A DNA stretch of 63,108 nucleotides, counting the filler, from Phoronis australis (lineage: Eukaryota; Animalia; Phoronida), in assembly GCA_002633005.1 (NCBI GenBank). It is 3 parts of 3 records of this genome, joined end to end, with 100 filler letters (N's around TTAATTAATTAA, not from the genome) between each part and the next. Parts side by side here need not be neighbours in the genome. Positions count along the whole stretch, not along the records: positions 1 to 22,094 come from NMRA01001314.1; positions 22,195 to 50,919 come from NMRA01000606.1; 1 more part is not named here. One strand, written 5' to 3'. This document shows positions 13,055-26,000 of this stretch, piece by piece (position 1 is the stretch's first letter; each line of letters starts with the position of its first letter). The notes under the pieces were generated by a model. That model saw only the letters and a list, made by a program, of their open reading frames with translations. It had not been told where the DNA came from and did not search any database. Made by a program: the position numbers and the translations under genes.

Positions 13055-13230
13055 NGATAGGCTTTACTGCAGATAGGCTTTACTGCAGATAGGCTTTACT
13101 GCAGATAGGCTTTACTGCAGATAGGCTTTACTGCAGATAGGCTTTACTGCAGATAGGCTTTACTGCAGATAGGCTTTACCGCAGATATGATTTACTGTAG
13201 ATAGGCTTTACCGTGCATAGGTTTTACTGT
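13055..13230. repeat. 16-bp minisatellite (gataggctttactgca)n
   Basis: Several perfect copies followed by degenerate ones, after the gap. Confidence 0.95.
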
Positions 13231-14830
13231 AAAGTTCATATTTGTTTTTAATCTAGTACGGAGTTAACCAAAAAAATCGAGGCAACAGTTGAACGTAACG
13301 GAATTTCTCTTTTATAACATTACGGAAGAGATGGCGGGACATAGTGTAGGCTGTAACACATGAAATGTTCACATTTTAACAGGCTGTAAGGTGTCATACT
13401 TTAAATGATGACTGATATAAACTTTTAGTGAAAAACAAGAAGTGCAACGAAGATATTTGATACTATAACCAAACAGAGTCATTGTGTGTGGGCTAGCCTC
13501 ACCTTCAGGGCAAACAGCCGTGTCTTGTGTGTCCTGAAAAGGCAACGGAATAATTTCAAAGGGTGAACATAAACTCAGCATTCAGAATGTTAAGCGTTAA
13601 CTTCACGGGCTTTAACTCAAGTGGAAAGCCTTCGTTGGTGATAGTGGGTAATGTGTAACATCAGGCGATAAGCTAAACCCGGATGTCACGATATCGAGAA
13701 AACTTTAGGTACATTTGCCAATGCGCGCGCACAATGAGATCAATTCTTAATTTAAAGAATTATTATATGTATATAGCTCCTTGCGGGTGCGCATCACACA
13801 ATCTCTCTTGCAAAACCCGTCCCTGGACTGCTCAATTTTCATAATTACCCAGCGAGGTAACAAACTGTGGAAGGCCAAGACGATTATGGAAGATTTGTAC
13901 GGTTTTACTTTGGTTAGTGATGCAAAATAGCGTTTACTTATCAAAATTTTATTTATGCTTAATTCTCACTGCCGCCGTCTCTGTGTTGCCTTGCCGTAGT
14001 AGTGTGTAAACAAAGAAAGTCAGCAAACATAAAACTCGAAAAACACGGGAAATCTCAAACAAAAGTAGACAAAGGAACCAATTTCTCGGAAATCTCAGTT
14101 TGCAAGCGGGTCAGGTTGAGTCGATTCTTGCTCTCTAAATCGATATTATATCAATACTATAAACACGTAAATCTAATCAGATCTCTTACTTGGCGTACAA
14201 TCAATATCATGATATTCCTTGCCGTGTTAGGTATGTATTTCCGTCACATAGGCTACAAGAATCTCGAAACCATCAGTTACTCATCATGATCAAAACGCTT
14301 CATAGTCCAGTCATTCTACGGATAACCCGGAAAATTGCAACAGAAGGTTTTATTGTATAAATCGTATCCTTTCACACCCCTCAGTGGGAAAAAAGTCCAC
14401 CGGAATCAGAGTGGCGGAAGTTGGTTTTTCAAGATGGCGGACAAAATGGCCGCCAGATTTTCAGATGATCACTATAACTCGAGAGTGGAATGTGATAGAG
14501 TAAAAATTCAAAAAGGTTTACCTATGTTTTGTGTGTCAACAAATCCATTGGAAATGGTTTTGCAAGACTGTGGTGACACCGTCCGCCATTTTCCAAGATG
14601 GCCGCCAAATCTACTTGAGTCGCACAACTTTGCACGAACAGATTAGTGTGTCGTCTTGCTTCAAACGTCGCATCATAAGTTTTCTGGGTCGACTAATCCA
14701 TTGAGACTCATTGCATTTGACACTAATAATTACTTCCATCATTTCCAAGATGGCAGACAAAATGGCCGCCAGATTTGCAGAGTGATCATTATAACTCGAG
14801 AGTAGAATGTGATAGAGTAAAAATTCAAAA

Positions 14831-15110
14831 ACCACTTCCTAAGCATTTCAAACTCTCGAGGAAGTAAAAAAAGCGATATACCCGCTTTCCTCGCAGCTGC
14901 TTAGTTCGGACAAGCGGGAACGATGCACCGCAACATAGCGGCATTCACTCTGCATATGAACCACTGACGTCGCTAGCGTCGTTTCTCACCTTCCTCACAG
15001 GTTAACGCGACACCTCTTGGCGAGGTAAGGTCGACCGTATGCGAGGCGATGTGGATATAGACCGATTAAAACGGCAAAAAAGACTAATTAAATCGAGTGG
15101 CATTCTCCTT
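14831..15110 (-). mobile_element. Kolobok-like element end, nested in the Academ-like element
   Basis: Ends tggcattctcct|ttaa. Clearly colinear with the reverse complement of 21418-21693. Confidence 0.6.
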
Positions 15111-15521
15111 TAAGGGTTTGTGTTATGAATAAGCCAATAACACCACTTGAATAACATATTTTTCTAACAAATATTATTTGTGATACCTCAAATGACTATA
15201 ATTTACAGAAAAATAATTGAAGTTTGTGAAATTAATTATGAAAATTTAACTAAAAGCCTTTTCTGAAAAACACCAACTTTTATGTTATATACTCTAAAAT
15301 GTGATTAAAATTCAACATTTAGTATCTAAATCTTAAAAGCAAATTATAGAAACAATCAACTCATTAACGCTGACTATAGATTGTAAAATGTTTTTGTGTA
15401 AATGCGTATCAGGTTACAAACAAAATTGCAGAACGTAAATGCGGTAAATTGGGGTTTGTGAATTGGCAGCCATTTTGTCAGCCATCTTGATTTTTTTTCT
15501 CGCAAACCAGTGACCAATGAC

Positions 15522-18500
15522 CAATGGGGCTATTCGGAGAATTCTCCTCGCGGTGTCGCTGCTGTACTAGTGGTGATTGAATTGCGCATGCGTCGCTGTC
15601 TGCATGTAAACAGCTGGTAAAAACAAAGATTCTCATCAAAATACGGCGTCGCGCAAAGCCTTATTATTGCTATTTTCGTTGGTGCAAGTCTTCGACAGGT
15701 GGTCACAAATTACCAAAAGACCTAAGGTTACTATACTTATGGAGCAATGCGGTCAAAAGGATCAACCAACTGACAAAAAGTGTGTGGATGCCGAAGCCCC
15801 TTTGGGAGACTACATAACGTAACTTGGTAAGTTTTTAGCAATCAAGTTTCTATCGACATCGTTCGTTGATGTTATCCCCACCAGTTACCCCACTGAATAC
15901 AGGGTTTATTGAATGGAACTAAGTGTTTCTTTTCGGAAACTCACCCAGGACGCGGATGCCGGGTAGGCTAGCAGCACATATTCACATATTGTCCTTCAGG
16001 GGTGGGAATGCGCCCAATATAAGAGGTGTATGGTGCGTGACGCTCAGAAGTCAAGGGTGACCTTTTCACAGCAGTTTCTCTTCAAAGCTATGCTATGTCC
16101 AATAAGATTCTCTAGACGAGTGAGTTTCCTTATTTTATGCGGACTCCACCCCCAGAACTACCAGATTAGTTACTGAATTAACATGAATAAGCTATTCAGT
16201 AAACGTCATAACATTGTATTGGAATAAAAATTGACACCTAGAATGAATTTTACTTGTTGAGGTCAGATGCACATTTTAGGTGTCGTGAAAAATACACATT
16301 ATTAAATCACTTTTAGCCTGTTTCACATAGTTTAATTCAGATCTTACATAAGACTTGTGTACAAAGATTATTATTTTCTATATATAAACGTGAAGATGAA
16401 ACGTCAAGTATGTTCTGCCTTACTAAAGTAGTTTTGTCTTGTGTTTTCTTTGTAATTTGTTGATATTTCTCTGACTATTCTGTTACAGGTGAGAGAAAAT
16501 GACTGAAACCAGCCGCCTGACCTTCTGTTTTACCTTTGGACAAAGTGAAAAGCAATCCTTCAGCATTAACCTGAGAGAATTGAACATAATTCAGAAATTT
16601 AGTCCTTGATACGCCTGATTATGGACTCGTGGGAAAATTACAATTGTTTTTAACAATGTTGTTTCTTCACATACTTTTCTCGCATGTGGAACTTTTGTTG
16701 AGGACAATTTAACACAAAACTCAAAATTGTTCATAGGCCTTTTTAAGAAAGCTCCACAATAATTACACACAAACAAATCAAATGCAAAGAAAGGGAATAC
16801 TTCATTTTGATTGCTGCACATTTCTAGAGGTAAACAGGAAAACGACAATTCGCAAGCATAATCGCTAATCATTTCAGCTTTATAAAGAATAAGCAAAACT
16901 GCACTGTGTGGGGCTTTAAAACTGAAGGAATATTGTGGTTTCAATAATTAGTGACAAACTTGCCTGTTGATGAAAACTTTATTCGATCATCAAAGTGTAA
17001 CATTAACGGGCTTTCTACTGACAATAAGACAATCGATGCAGTCACTGAATGTCATTTCCCCATAATGTGTACCAAATTGAAAAGTTTTTACCATTAATAT
17101 AAAGTCTTTCTTCTGAAAGGAAAAGTTAATGTCACTCAGTGAGAAAGGACAGGTATTTGTACCAGATGCTTTTGGTTTTCATTTCACAGAGATCTAGTTT
17201 CAATAGCCTATAGAAGAGCTTGTAAAAAGGTCCAGTTTCGGCACGTGGCTTTCCTCCAGGTAACCTCATTCAGCCTCAATTAGATCCTTGAAGGTAAACA
17301 CAACAACATATCACTTAACTCGTTTTGTGCCCAAAATCAGACCTTGAACTAGACCAGAGTGTCACTACGTCTTCTTTAGCTTCAATCCAGCATGTTTCTT
17401 CCAGGAAAGGAAGTAAGCTATTGTCCACGCATGACTTATTGCCTACGAAAGGCCATCCTCACCAACGAGGCTGACTTGTATAGCAGTCAGATATAGTTCC
17501 TCTTCATACATGCGCGCACCCAGCCATCAATATGGGGGGGGCTCGAATTCCTGACTTTTGTGGACCTTTTGGTAACAAAAAAAGCGGGCGGACTTGAAAA
17601 AAAAGGGAGCACCACTGTGAATTGCGCGTTTGCGCATGTTTAATGGACTTATGCCAAATTTTCTCGGACATTTTGTCTCTGCCTCGACCTTTTGGCCCTC
17701 TTCGTTCAAGCCCCCCCCCTGGGTGCGCACATGTCATACACAAACAACACGTTGTCTTATGGTAACTTCGTACTGCGATTCAAATTTCACCAGGGCCACT
17801 GCCATGTACATTATGCCATGCAGCACTAATGGTGTGCGGAAATGCTGTGGGAACAGAAAGGAGTAACAAAGCTTGTTCGTTGTCTGCGATGAAGAAAGTA
17901 GGCTTTAACAACAGATCTACACTGGATGGGAAGATTTTGCTGGTTAGCTGCAGTCAACTGCTTAAAACAAATTTTTGTCCATTCAGGGTCGATGCAGAAG
18001 CGATGCATATCTCGTCTGCACGGTACAAGCCCTCAAACCTGAAAACCAAAGGTCACGTGAAAGCAGACATGATAGATTTTCATTTAACGTGTAATAAATT
18101 TCCGGAAGACATAGGATAGGGAGTAAACAAATAGTCTAATGCCGGATATTTACGTACCCTTTGCCATGGCATTGGGCTTGGATTGTAATCTCACTAACCA
18201 ATATCGAGTTAAACATTCAGCATTCATTAATGTAACTGTCACTGATAAACCTGTTAGAAATCATTCCAAACAATAATACTGCTTTGATGTACGAAAACAT
18301 CAAGTATTGTAACAAGCATCACAACAAACAAAGATTAACCCGACTGGCGACTGCCGCGAAGTCGACATCGGCGAATATCTCAGTTAACAGGCATCAGTAG
18401 AATAAACATGGAATAATCGTTAAAATAATCACAAACCTTACCTTTGTATAAGGTCGTGCTTACTTTCTCTCATAGAAGCACCCTTTTTACGCAATCTCAG

Positions 18501-18630
18501 ATTCAGTTGGTACGCCTACAAGCCATTTCACCATGTATTTAAAGGGCTCGCGAAGTCGAGGCTGTTAATCTATCACCACTAGTACACGCGCGCCCTCTAG
18601 TTAATGTAAATTTTCCGAATAGCCCCATTG
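15522..18630. mobile_element. Nested DNA transposon remnant with TIR CAATGGGGCTATTCGGA (possibly ISL2EU/Harbinger group)
   Basis: Inverted termini at 15522-15538 and 18614-18630. Decayed SAP-like peptide (QLNLRLRKKGASMRESKHDLIQR then gtaag) on minus at ~18441-18510. Superfamily is a guess. Confidence 0.45.
17509..17733 (-). mobile_element. hAT-type MITE with 5-bp TSD
   Basis: TIR CATGYGCGCACCCAG. TCATA directly repeated on both sides. Confidence 0.8.
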
Positions 18631-20620
18631 TAAGGTCCAGATATTTTCAATTGTCTAACTTACAATAGAATAAAACTTTTGTCATTTTCAGGGCAAAATA
18701 CAAAAAGAAATCTTGCAACATGTACCAAATTGCCGTTTTGGCCGCCATTTTGTCGGCCATATTGGTTTATTTTACGGAAAATTGGCATTTTTTGATTGGT
18801 ATGCTTGTTATGAAAAGTACATAATCAATGACGAACTTTATTGTTTTATTTTTAGCTGCTACATAAGAGTAATACGCCAGAAAACAGTAAACACCGGTTT
18901 TGTCGGCCATTTTTTCCGCCATCTTGAAAAACCGACTTCCGCCACTCCGATTTCGGTAGATTTTTTTTCTGACACTAAGGGATGTTTGAAGATGCCATTT
19001 ATGCAAAAAAAACTTCTGTTGCAATTTTTTCTAGGTTGGGCCCTCTGGAGCCCTAGAATGACTGGACTATCATAGTTATTACACTCACATAACCCCTAAA
19101 ATTGCGAAATCCAACGAAAATGGCACGAATCTGCATTGCATCTTATTGCCAACTTATTTCTGACAACAATTCAAGATCGAATGAGCTTGCTGACGTTTTT
19201 AATCCCCAAATCGTCGGTTAAAAAATCAACATTGATATAAACAGAGGCACAGAAGCGAAATAAGAAAACAAAAAAAATTAATGTTCATATATTTGCAATG
19301 TTTGTTAAGGTTACACTGAAAATGTTATTGAACTTAAATCCATAATTTCTTCATTGAAATTGTATTGACTGGATAACATTCGCATTATGTAGCGAGAATG
19401 ATACAACTTCTACGTAATTTTACAATCACCAAATTATTTAGTAACAAATGAAACAGCAACAAAAATACCTGACTGCTCGATCAACGAGTTTTTATGTGAG
19501 CACTATAGAAGTGTCACCGTGGGCAGGAAAAGTGTGGGCGAGAAAAGGTTTTTTGCTAGTAAAGAAATTTGTCCTAGAGACGAGAAAATTGGTTCGAGAG
19601 GAGAATGTGTGTTCGCTAAAGAAGAATAGTGTGTCGGAGAGAAGTTTTTGTGTAGGCAGAGCCGCGAGCGGGCATCGAAGTCTCGGTGTATTCATACTTT
19701 ACTAATATAATGGAAATATTATGTGTCCCAAAAAAGTGAGTCACTTTTTGACAAGTAATTTCTTAGCCATTGACCAACCGAATTCGTTAAAATTTTTCAC
19801 AATGTATCTTGAGGGTGTCATCAATAACTATACAAAGAGAAATATAAAAAATATGGAAGTACTGAGAAATTCAAAACAGCGGGGTGAAAAATGCAATATT
19901 ACTGAGACTTTCATCGTGTTTAGGCTGTGCTGGTACCTGTCAGTCAAAAATACCTGCCTGGGTCTCAGGACTACTGTTTTTTATTGTCAGATCTGTTTCC
20001 AAATCAGTTGTGTCCAATGTTTCATCAATGTATCAAGAAACATAAAATTGGCATCAACATCTAAGTCAATTTGGTTTCAATAAATGATTTAATTAGAGGC
20101 GGCTGTAAGTGAGCTACTAATTCTGGTTCTCCTCATTGTTTGGAGATAGTAACCAAAGAGCAAAATCCATCTGAATGCTTGTTTGAGTACCGGTGACAAA
20201 CACGTCAAATTTTGACGGAGCTGATCAAGACTTGGGATACTTTCGAAGCCTCAATTCCTTGTTGTATTACCTACGCCCCCATTTTAGAGTCGTCACTCCT
20301 GCAGACTCCGTTTGATGTTTTGATGCAGTTCGTCAGTAAAACATAGAAAGTCGCAAGAGTGGTAAGAATACGTTTGAATAAAATGCAGATCGATTGTTTT
20401 GATATTAAATCCAAGCTATACCTTACTCAAAGTTAAATGAGCAATAACACGCCCTAATACTAAGAAAAAAAAAACAGTGCGTCATCACGTCGCCACTGTA
20501 GGTCAAACTATACTAAGCCTGGAGGTAAGTGGTGAATGCACTAACTGACTAAAACGGACGGACGTTTATGATAACTCAGAGGTAAAAGTGTTTAACTTAC
20601 CACACAATAAAACGGACCTA

Positions 20621-20632
20621 GGAAAATTCCCC
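20621..20632 (-). promoter_or_regulatory. Candidate NF-kB (kappaB) site upstream of the TRAF gene
   Basis: GGAAAATTCCCC (= GGGGAATTTTCC), ~100 bp downstream of a strong donor gag|gtaagt (20525) that may end a 5' UTR exon. Motif match only. Confidence 0.35.
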
Positions 20633-21002
20633 AAAGCACAACTGCACCCAAACTCAAACATGGGCAGCGTGCCATCTTGGACAACCTAGACGCCGACTAA
20701 TCCATATACACAGGTCCGGTATGTTCGTCCCAGATAGTCATGTCAATTGTTTGAAACGTTGATCAATAGGTATTTCATTGTTTCTCACTTGCACACGGAC
20801 AAACACGTAGTTTACAAAGTATCAGGCACTAGTTTGATCTATAGATTGATTTAGAAATGAAATCTTTTGTGTCGAAAATGTCAAAGAAAAAATGGTTTCC
20901 AATGTTTGATTTGGATCATGTACAAGGTCAGGTCAGTTATAACTCCGCGAATTACAGTTTGTGGATTTAAGTTCGTGTTGAAAATAATCAGCTGTCAATA
21001 GC

Positions 21003-21141
21003 CCGTGGGGAGACTGTGATTACCACCGTGGGGAGACTATGATTACCCCGTGGGGACACTGTGATTACCCCGTGGGGGAACTGTGATTACCCCGTGGGGA
21101 GACTGCCCGGCTTTACTCCGTGGGGAGACTGTGATTACTCC
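21003..21141. repeat. ~21-23-bp minisatellite (ccgtggggagactgtgattacc)n
   Basis: About 6 copies. Confidence 0.85.
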
Positions 21142-21417
21142 GACCCATCAGTTCGATGCACGGTGTCAGGCGTCGAAATTAAAACGTCGAGTTAGCTACC
21201 TAACTCCTAGTACGATGTTGAACAGCATAAATTATATCTCAGTGAAAATACTAATATTTTGAAAACTTGACCTGCAGTGTTCTTGCTGTTCTTTGTTTTT
21301 AATAAATTATTGTATACGGCTGCAGTGAAGATAATAAACGCCACTTAAGTGACACCATGTTTTCCAAACATCTTACGTCAATGTCAAAATTACTTGCTTT
21401 TTGGTATCATTCTTAAA

Positions 21418-21693
21418 GGAGAATGCCATCCGATTTAATTGGTTTTTGTTACCCTCTTAATCGGTCCATGTCCTCGTCAACTCGTATACAGTTGATCTCA
21501 CCTCGCCGAGAGGTGTCGCGTTAACCTGTAAGGAAGGTGAGTACACGACCCAGCGATGTCAGTGGTTGAGCTCAGTGTGTGTCGCTATGCTGTGGCGTAA
21601 CGTTCCCGCTTGTGCGAACCACGAGTCTGCGAGAAAAGCGGGTATATCGTTTTTTTCAATTTCCTCGAGAACTGGAAATGCTTCGGAAGTGGT
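21418..21693 (+). mobile_element. Kolobok-like element end (second copy)
   Basis: ttaa|aggagaatgcca start. Homologous to 14831-15110. Confidence 0.6.
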
Positions 21694-22053
21694 TCCCGGC
21701 AGTAAAGAATAAAAATACGACGTTAATACCAAGTATGAGGCCGTGAAATATCTCCGACGGTGTATGTGGCCGGCATTTTTCCGTTTGAAAATGAATTATT
21801 TCCACCCTAAACATTGTTTATATAGCACTGAAACAAAGTGCCAAAGTCTGTCTCAGAAGATGAAAATTGTAATGCCTAAAGATTGTTCGCGAGTGCAAAT
21901 GTTTTGAGAAATCAAAAACTGAATGAATCATACTGCGTTACCGGCTTCAGATGATAAAACTAATTGAACGCGGCCGTGTGAGTGCATGCTGACAGAAAGC
22001 TGTTGTGAAACTATAACTCTATTTCTACGCTATACTGTCAGATGTTAGAGGAA

Positions 22054-22094
<41 letters not shown>

Positions 22095-22194
22095 NNNNNN
22101 NNNNNNNNNNNNNNNNNNNNNNNNNNNNNNNNNNNNNNTTAATTAATTAANNNNNNNNNNNNNNNNNNNNNNNNNNNNNNNNNNNNNNNNNNNN

Positions 22195-22812
22195 TACTGA
22201 TTACTTTTCCCAAAACGGATTTTAACCGTTCAGCTACTGCCGAAGAAGCCAATTTATATGTCACATTGAGCAAGGATATGGGTCTCCAGTTTTTCAAATA
22301 ATGTTTACTTTTATCTGCTCCCTTAGGGATGCAGGTGATCACTCCCTCTTTCTGTGTTGAGGATAATTGGCCAACAGCAAAACCTGTATTAAGTGAGCGA
22401 ACAACGAAATGTCCAATGTAAGCCCAAAAAAATTTCAAAAATTCCACTGAAAAACCATCAGAGCCTGGGCTTTTGTTGTTTTTCATTTTTTTCAAGCATT
22501 GTGTGACTTCTTCATATGTAAGAAGACCTTCTAATTTTTCTTTTTCTGTCTCATTCATCTTGGAGACACAAATATTATCAAGAAGAGTTTTTAAAGATGT
22601 ATTGTTAGTCTGTCTATGTTTGTATAGATTTTCATAAAAAGTTTTGGTTTCCTGAAAAACCTCTTCTTCACTATTGGTTTTAGTATTGTCAGATTTCCAC
22701 AAAAAAGGCATAAACTTACTTGTGTAATGCCTATTTTCCAAGTGAAGAAAATATTTGGAAGGCTTTTCACCTTCTTCAATCCATCTTGCTCTCGACCGAA
22801 AACTTGCTCCCG
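22195..22812 (-). mobile_element. L1/Tx1-clade LINE ORF2 fragment (region before and start of the RT), 5'-truncated, runs into gap
   Basis: RSRARWIEEGEKPSKYF..FYENLY..NKSPGSDGFSVEF.KFFW..GVITCIPK..KNWRPISLLNVTYKL..RLK, with no stops. Confidence 0.9.
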
Positions 22813-22909
22813 AAGTACAGTCAGTTTGAAAGATTTGTGTTGTGTTGTGTTTTTGTAGAAATTCAGCAAAGTTACCAAATTCTGTCCTTGTGAAATCAAC
22901 AAAAAGCAG

Positions 22910-23091
22910 ATGGCTGTTCCAGACTTGTCGTCCAAGGACAAGGCAGCACGGAAGGGATTCCCGCCCAACATTTTCATTCAGAAAATCGAGGACAAGTACC
23001 TGTGTAGCCATTGTCGTCATGTCCTTCGTGAACCTATGCAGAGCTTTTGTGGCCATCGCTACTGCAAGAGATGTGCTGAGAACTTTCAAAG
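22910..23091 (+). CDS. TRAF2: TRAF2-like coding exon 1 (RING N-part)
   Basis: Acceptor ttgtag ending 22858, ATG 22910, CSHC..CGHRYCKRC, donor gtgagc. Confidence 0.9.
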
Positions 23092-26000
23092 GTGAGCTTT
23101 GTTGGAAATGAATGACGTTTTGTTGGTTTTTGTGTTCTTGATTTTTTACTTTTGGAGGTATTTGGTATGTTAACTGTTGATGTGTAAACCTTGTTGGCAG
23201 AGGGAGTTTATGAGGAACAGTGGTGCGATTGTCATTGTATATGTTGAATGTCGGAATACACTCAAATTACATGCAATCCTGGACCCCCTTCGAAGAAAAT
23301 TGACTTGGCTAAGACAAGTCTTAAATTTGTTTCAAGACCATTTCAAGAAAGACATGTTACGTTTGACATAAGTTATTGCCTCAAGTTTTGTCTTAATTTT
23401 GACTATCTTACCAGATGTGAAAGTTTCAAATTTGTGGAGCTGAGACGAATAATAGACAAGTAAAAAAAGGAACTTATGTCAGTTTCTTGGAATAACCCCT
23501 TGCTCTTTACTACAAACGTGTGAAACACGTCAGTATTCGAAATAACCTGTGAATGTTAGTCCTTGAGTGTCACAAAGCTGACTCTGATAGAAATTGTGAT
23601 AAGATTGTGACCTTGTTCAAGGTAAAGATAAGCTGCAAGTCCTTAACATGAACAAAAAACTTTTATAGCTGTGGTCTAACGTGTGTGGAATGAGTTGGCA
23701 TTCAGCCCACAGTATTGCGTGCCTGTTGTTATCGGCGTGTGTGTGTGAGTCTGAGTCTGAGTCTGTGTACTTTGAACTTGGTGTCATTCATAGATTGTGT
23801 ATGCTCACATTGTTTCGACACTACAAGAGGCTCTATCAAGCTGTCAAACAAAAAGCCTAGTTTTGTTTTCACTGAAGTTTGTGTTTATTAAAGGCTGCTA
23901 CCTAACTACACTGACCTCATATTCATATACATGCACGTGTACATATGCGGGCTATTTTTCGCTGTGTATTTGTTCATTGCACTTATTGCTTGATGATGAG
24001 ACATGCAGTCTCGAAATATAGCTAGTGTTTACATTTGTTTGTTTGTTATGTCTCTTGGTGTTTTACTACTTACCTGCACACCTTAGGAAAGGAGTCTGTT
24101 CCGAAACTACGAACGCACCAGTATCAATGTTGCAAACAAAAGGTCTAGTGTTTTTAACAAAATATGTATTATTTCAATGATGAATGCTTGTTTTAATTCT
24201 CTTACAATAACCCTTTACCTCTGCTAAAAGAATTCAAAATTAAATTAAGGTGTTGTTGCATACCAGCCCAGCCTTCGGTGTACTGTGTTGTCCTGGGAAA
24301 CACTACCACCATTTAAAACTATTCCAAAACTTGCAACTTCTTGATAAATAAATGAGTGTAACAGGCTAATTATATTGCGTACACTCCATGTTGTGAGATA
24401 GCAGCGGGATAAACCAATTTCTCTGTCGGCATGTGGTGAAGACCTATAATTCAAACTATGGCCGTAGGTGTAACTAATGGGCTATTGGATATATTCACCA
24501 GAATGTGATAACGAGAAACGACAATACTTCATTTTGTCTCCTGAATAGAATGACAGTAGAAAGTAGTTCATCAGTATGAGGTCCCACTAATGTACTTGCT
24601 CAAAAGCCATGTCCACAGCTTTGGCAGTATGTGTGTTACATCGTGGAATAAACCCTTTAATAAGGTACCAAAAGGCCAAAATGCTCTTGTTTGCCTAGGA
24701 AATGACAAATCTCCCTATACTTTAAAATTATTGCATAGGTTTTTAAACTCGCTGAAGGTAAGTCATACTTGTTCCAACAAAATTTGATGCTGTTACCAGT
24801 CAAAGCAGGTTCTGGAGAAAAATGGGCTAGACCCCTCTCGGCACTAACGCCACCTATTTTTTGTGAGAGAGCCCATAATGTTTTGCATATTTCATGTTGA
24901 ATAATTACAGTGCTTTATCTTTTTTTAGTCAAACACAGTGTCCCATATGTGCAAAGGAAGACGTTGAAGATGAGGCTAGTCTCTTGTCTATCGAAACGGT
25001 AATGTGACTGCACCCATCACTAGACACTAAGTAATTGTTATATGCAATGTGTTGACTCTACACAATGCAGCTCTGTCCTTAGCAAACAATGTCACAACAG
25101 GACGGATGTTTTATCAGCTGCCAACCTATGGTCTACTGAACACTTTCAGGCTGTTATATATTGCTGTAGGTCACTGCCATTGTTATTCTCATTTTTTATT
25201 TGCGTTGCTGTAATTGGATAAGCAACAGTTGTCTGTAGACCAACATGGATCATTTCATTAAGTGTTGGCTCTGTTGTGTTGCCCATGATGTATTGCCCTG
25301 CTATCACCATAAGAAGTCTATTTACCATCCCAGTGTTCTCCACATTGTAAATTCCAAACTCCAGGCAACTATTTAGTAGCAGTTGTTGACATTGTGTCAT
25401 TTCTAATCATAACCATGGGTGTGCTGGAGGTATTTATATATGGTTTAAAACTGCACACTGCACTGGTGTGACCTACTTTTTAGACACTTCAAAGTTTAGC
25501 TACCAATATATCTCATAATTCCTCCAAAGCATTTGACAGACCCAGAGCATCAAACAAAAGATTATAAGTTCTTTTAATAATATCAATGCCGATTTTATTA
25601 TCAATTAGACATATTAAATACTACTAACATGAGTTCTGATGTGACCTAGTTTTTAGTGACACCTGTTGTAAAGTTGAATAAGCTCATAAAAGCTCTAACT
25701 TGCCACTAGATGTCAGTCAAAATTAGAATTGTCTTTATTAAGCCAATTAAATTGTTTCTTTACAGATTGACTTGCAAAATTTTAAAGTTAGAATGACAAA
25801 GTAAATTAGACATTTGATTAAGCAAGCTAGATGACTCCATGAAATTTTTTTTATTTAAAGATTTTTGCAGATTTTATTAATGATATTTTAAACTCTTGTA
25901 GTGTCATACAAAGTTATACATATAGTGTTGACTGCCTCCAACATTCTGTAATGGGCTTGATGTTGGTTAATCAGGCCCTGCTTTAGTGTCGAGGGCTGAA

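Larger units (their letters stand above)
14303..19069. mobile_element. Academ-like non-autonomous DNA transposon hosting nested insertions
   Basis: TIR TAGTCCAGTCATTCTA at 14303 and its reverse complement ending at 19069, extended imperfect subterminal inverted similarity, 3-bp TSD TCA (14300-14302/19070-19072). TAG termini with 3-4-bp TSD fit Academ. Confidence 0.7.

Noticed and set aside
22139-22150. ttaattaattaa island inside Ns (also 50964-50975)
   Set aside because: Identical 100-bp spacer with a stop-codon linker: an assembly join marker, not biology.
22813-23089. N-terminal ~90 aa of the 316-aa minus ORF as a novel RT fusion
   Set aside because: It is the antisense of the TRAF RING exon, so a chance open frame.
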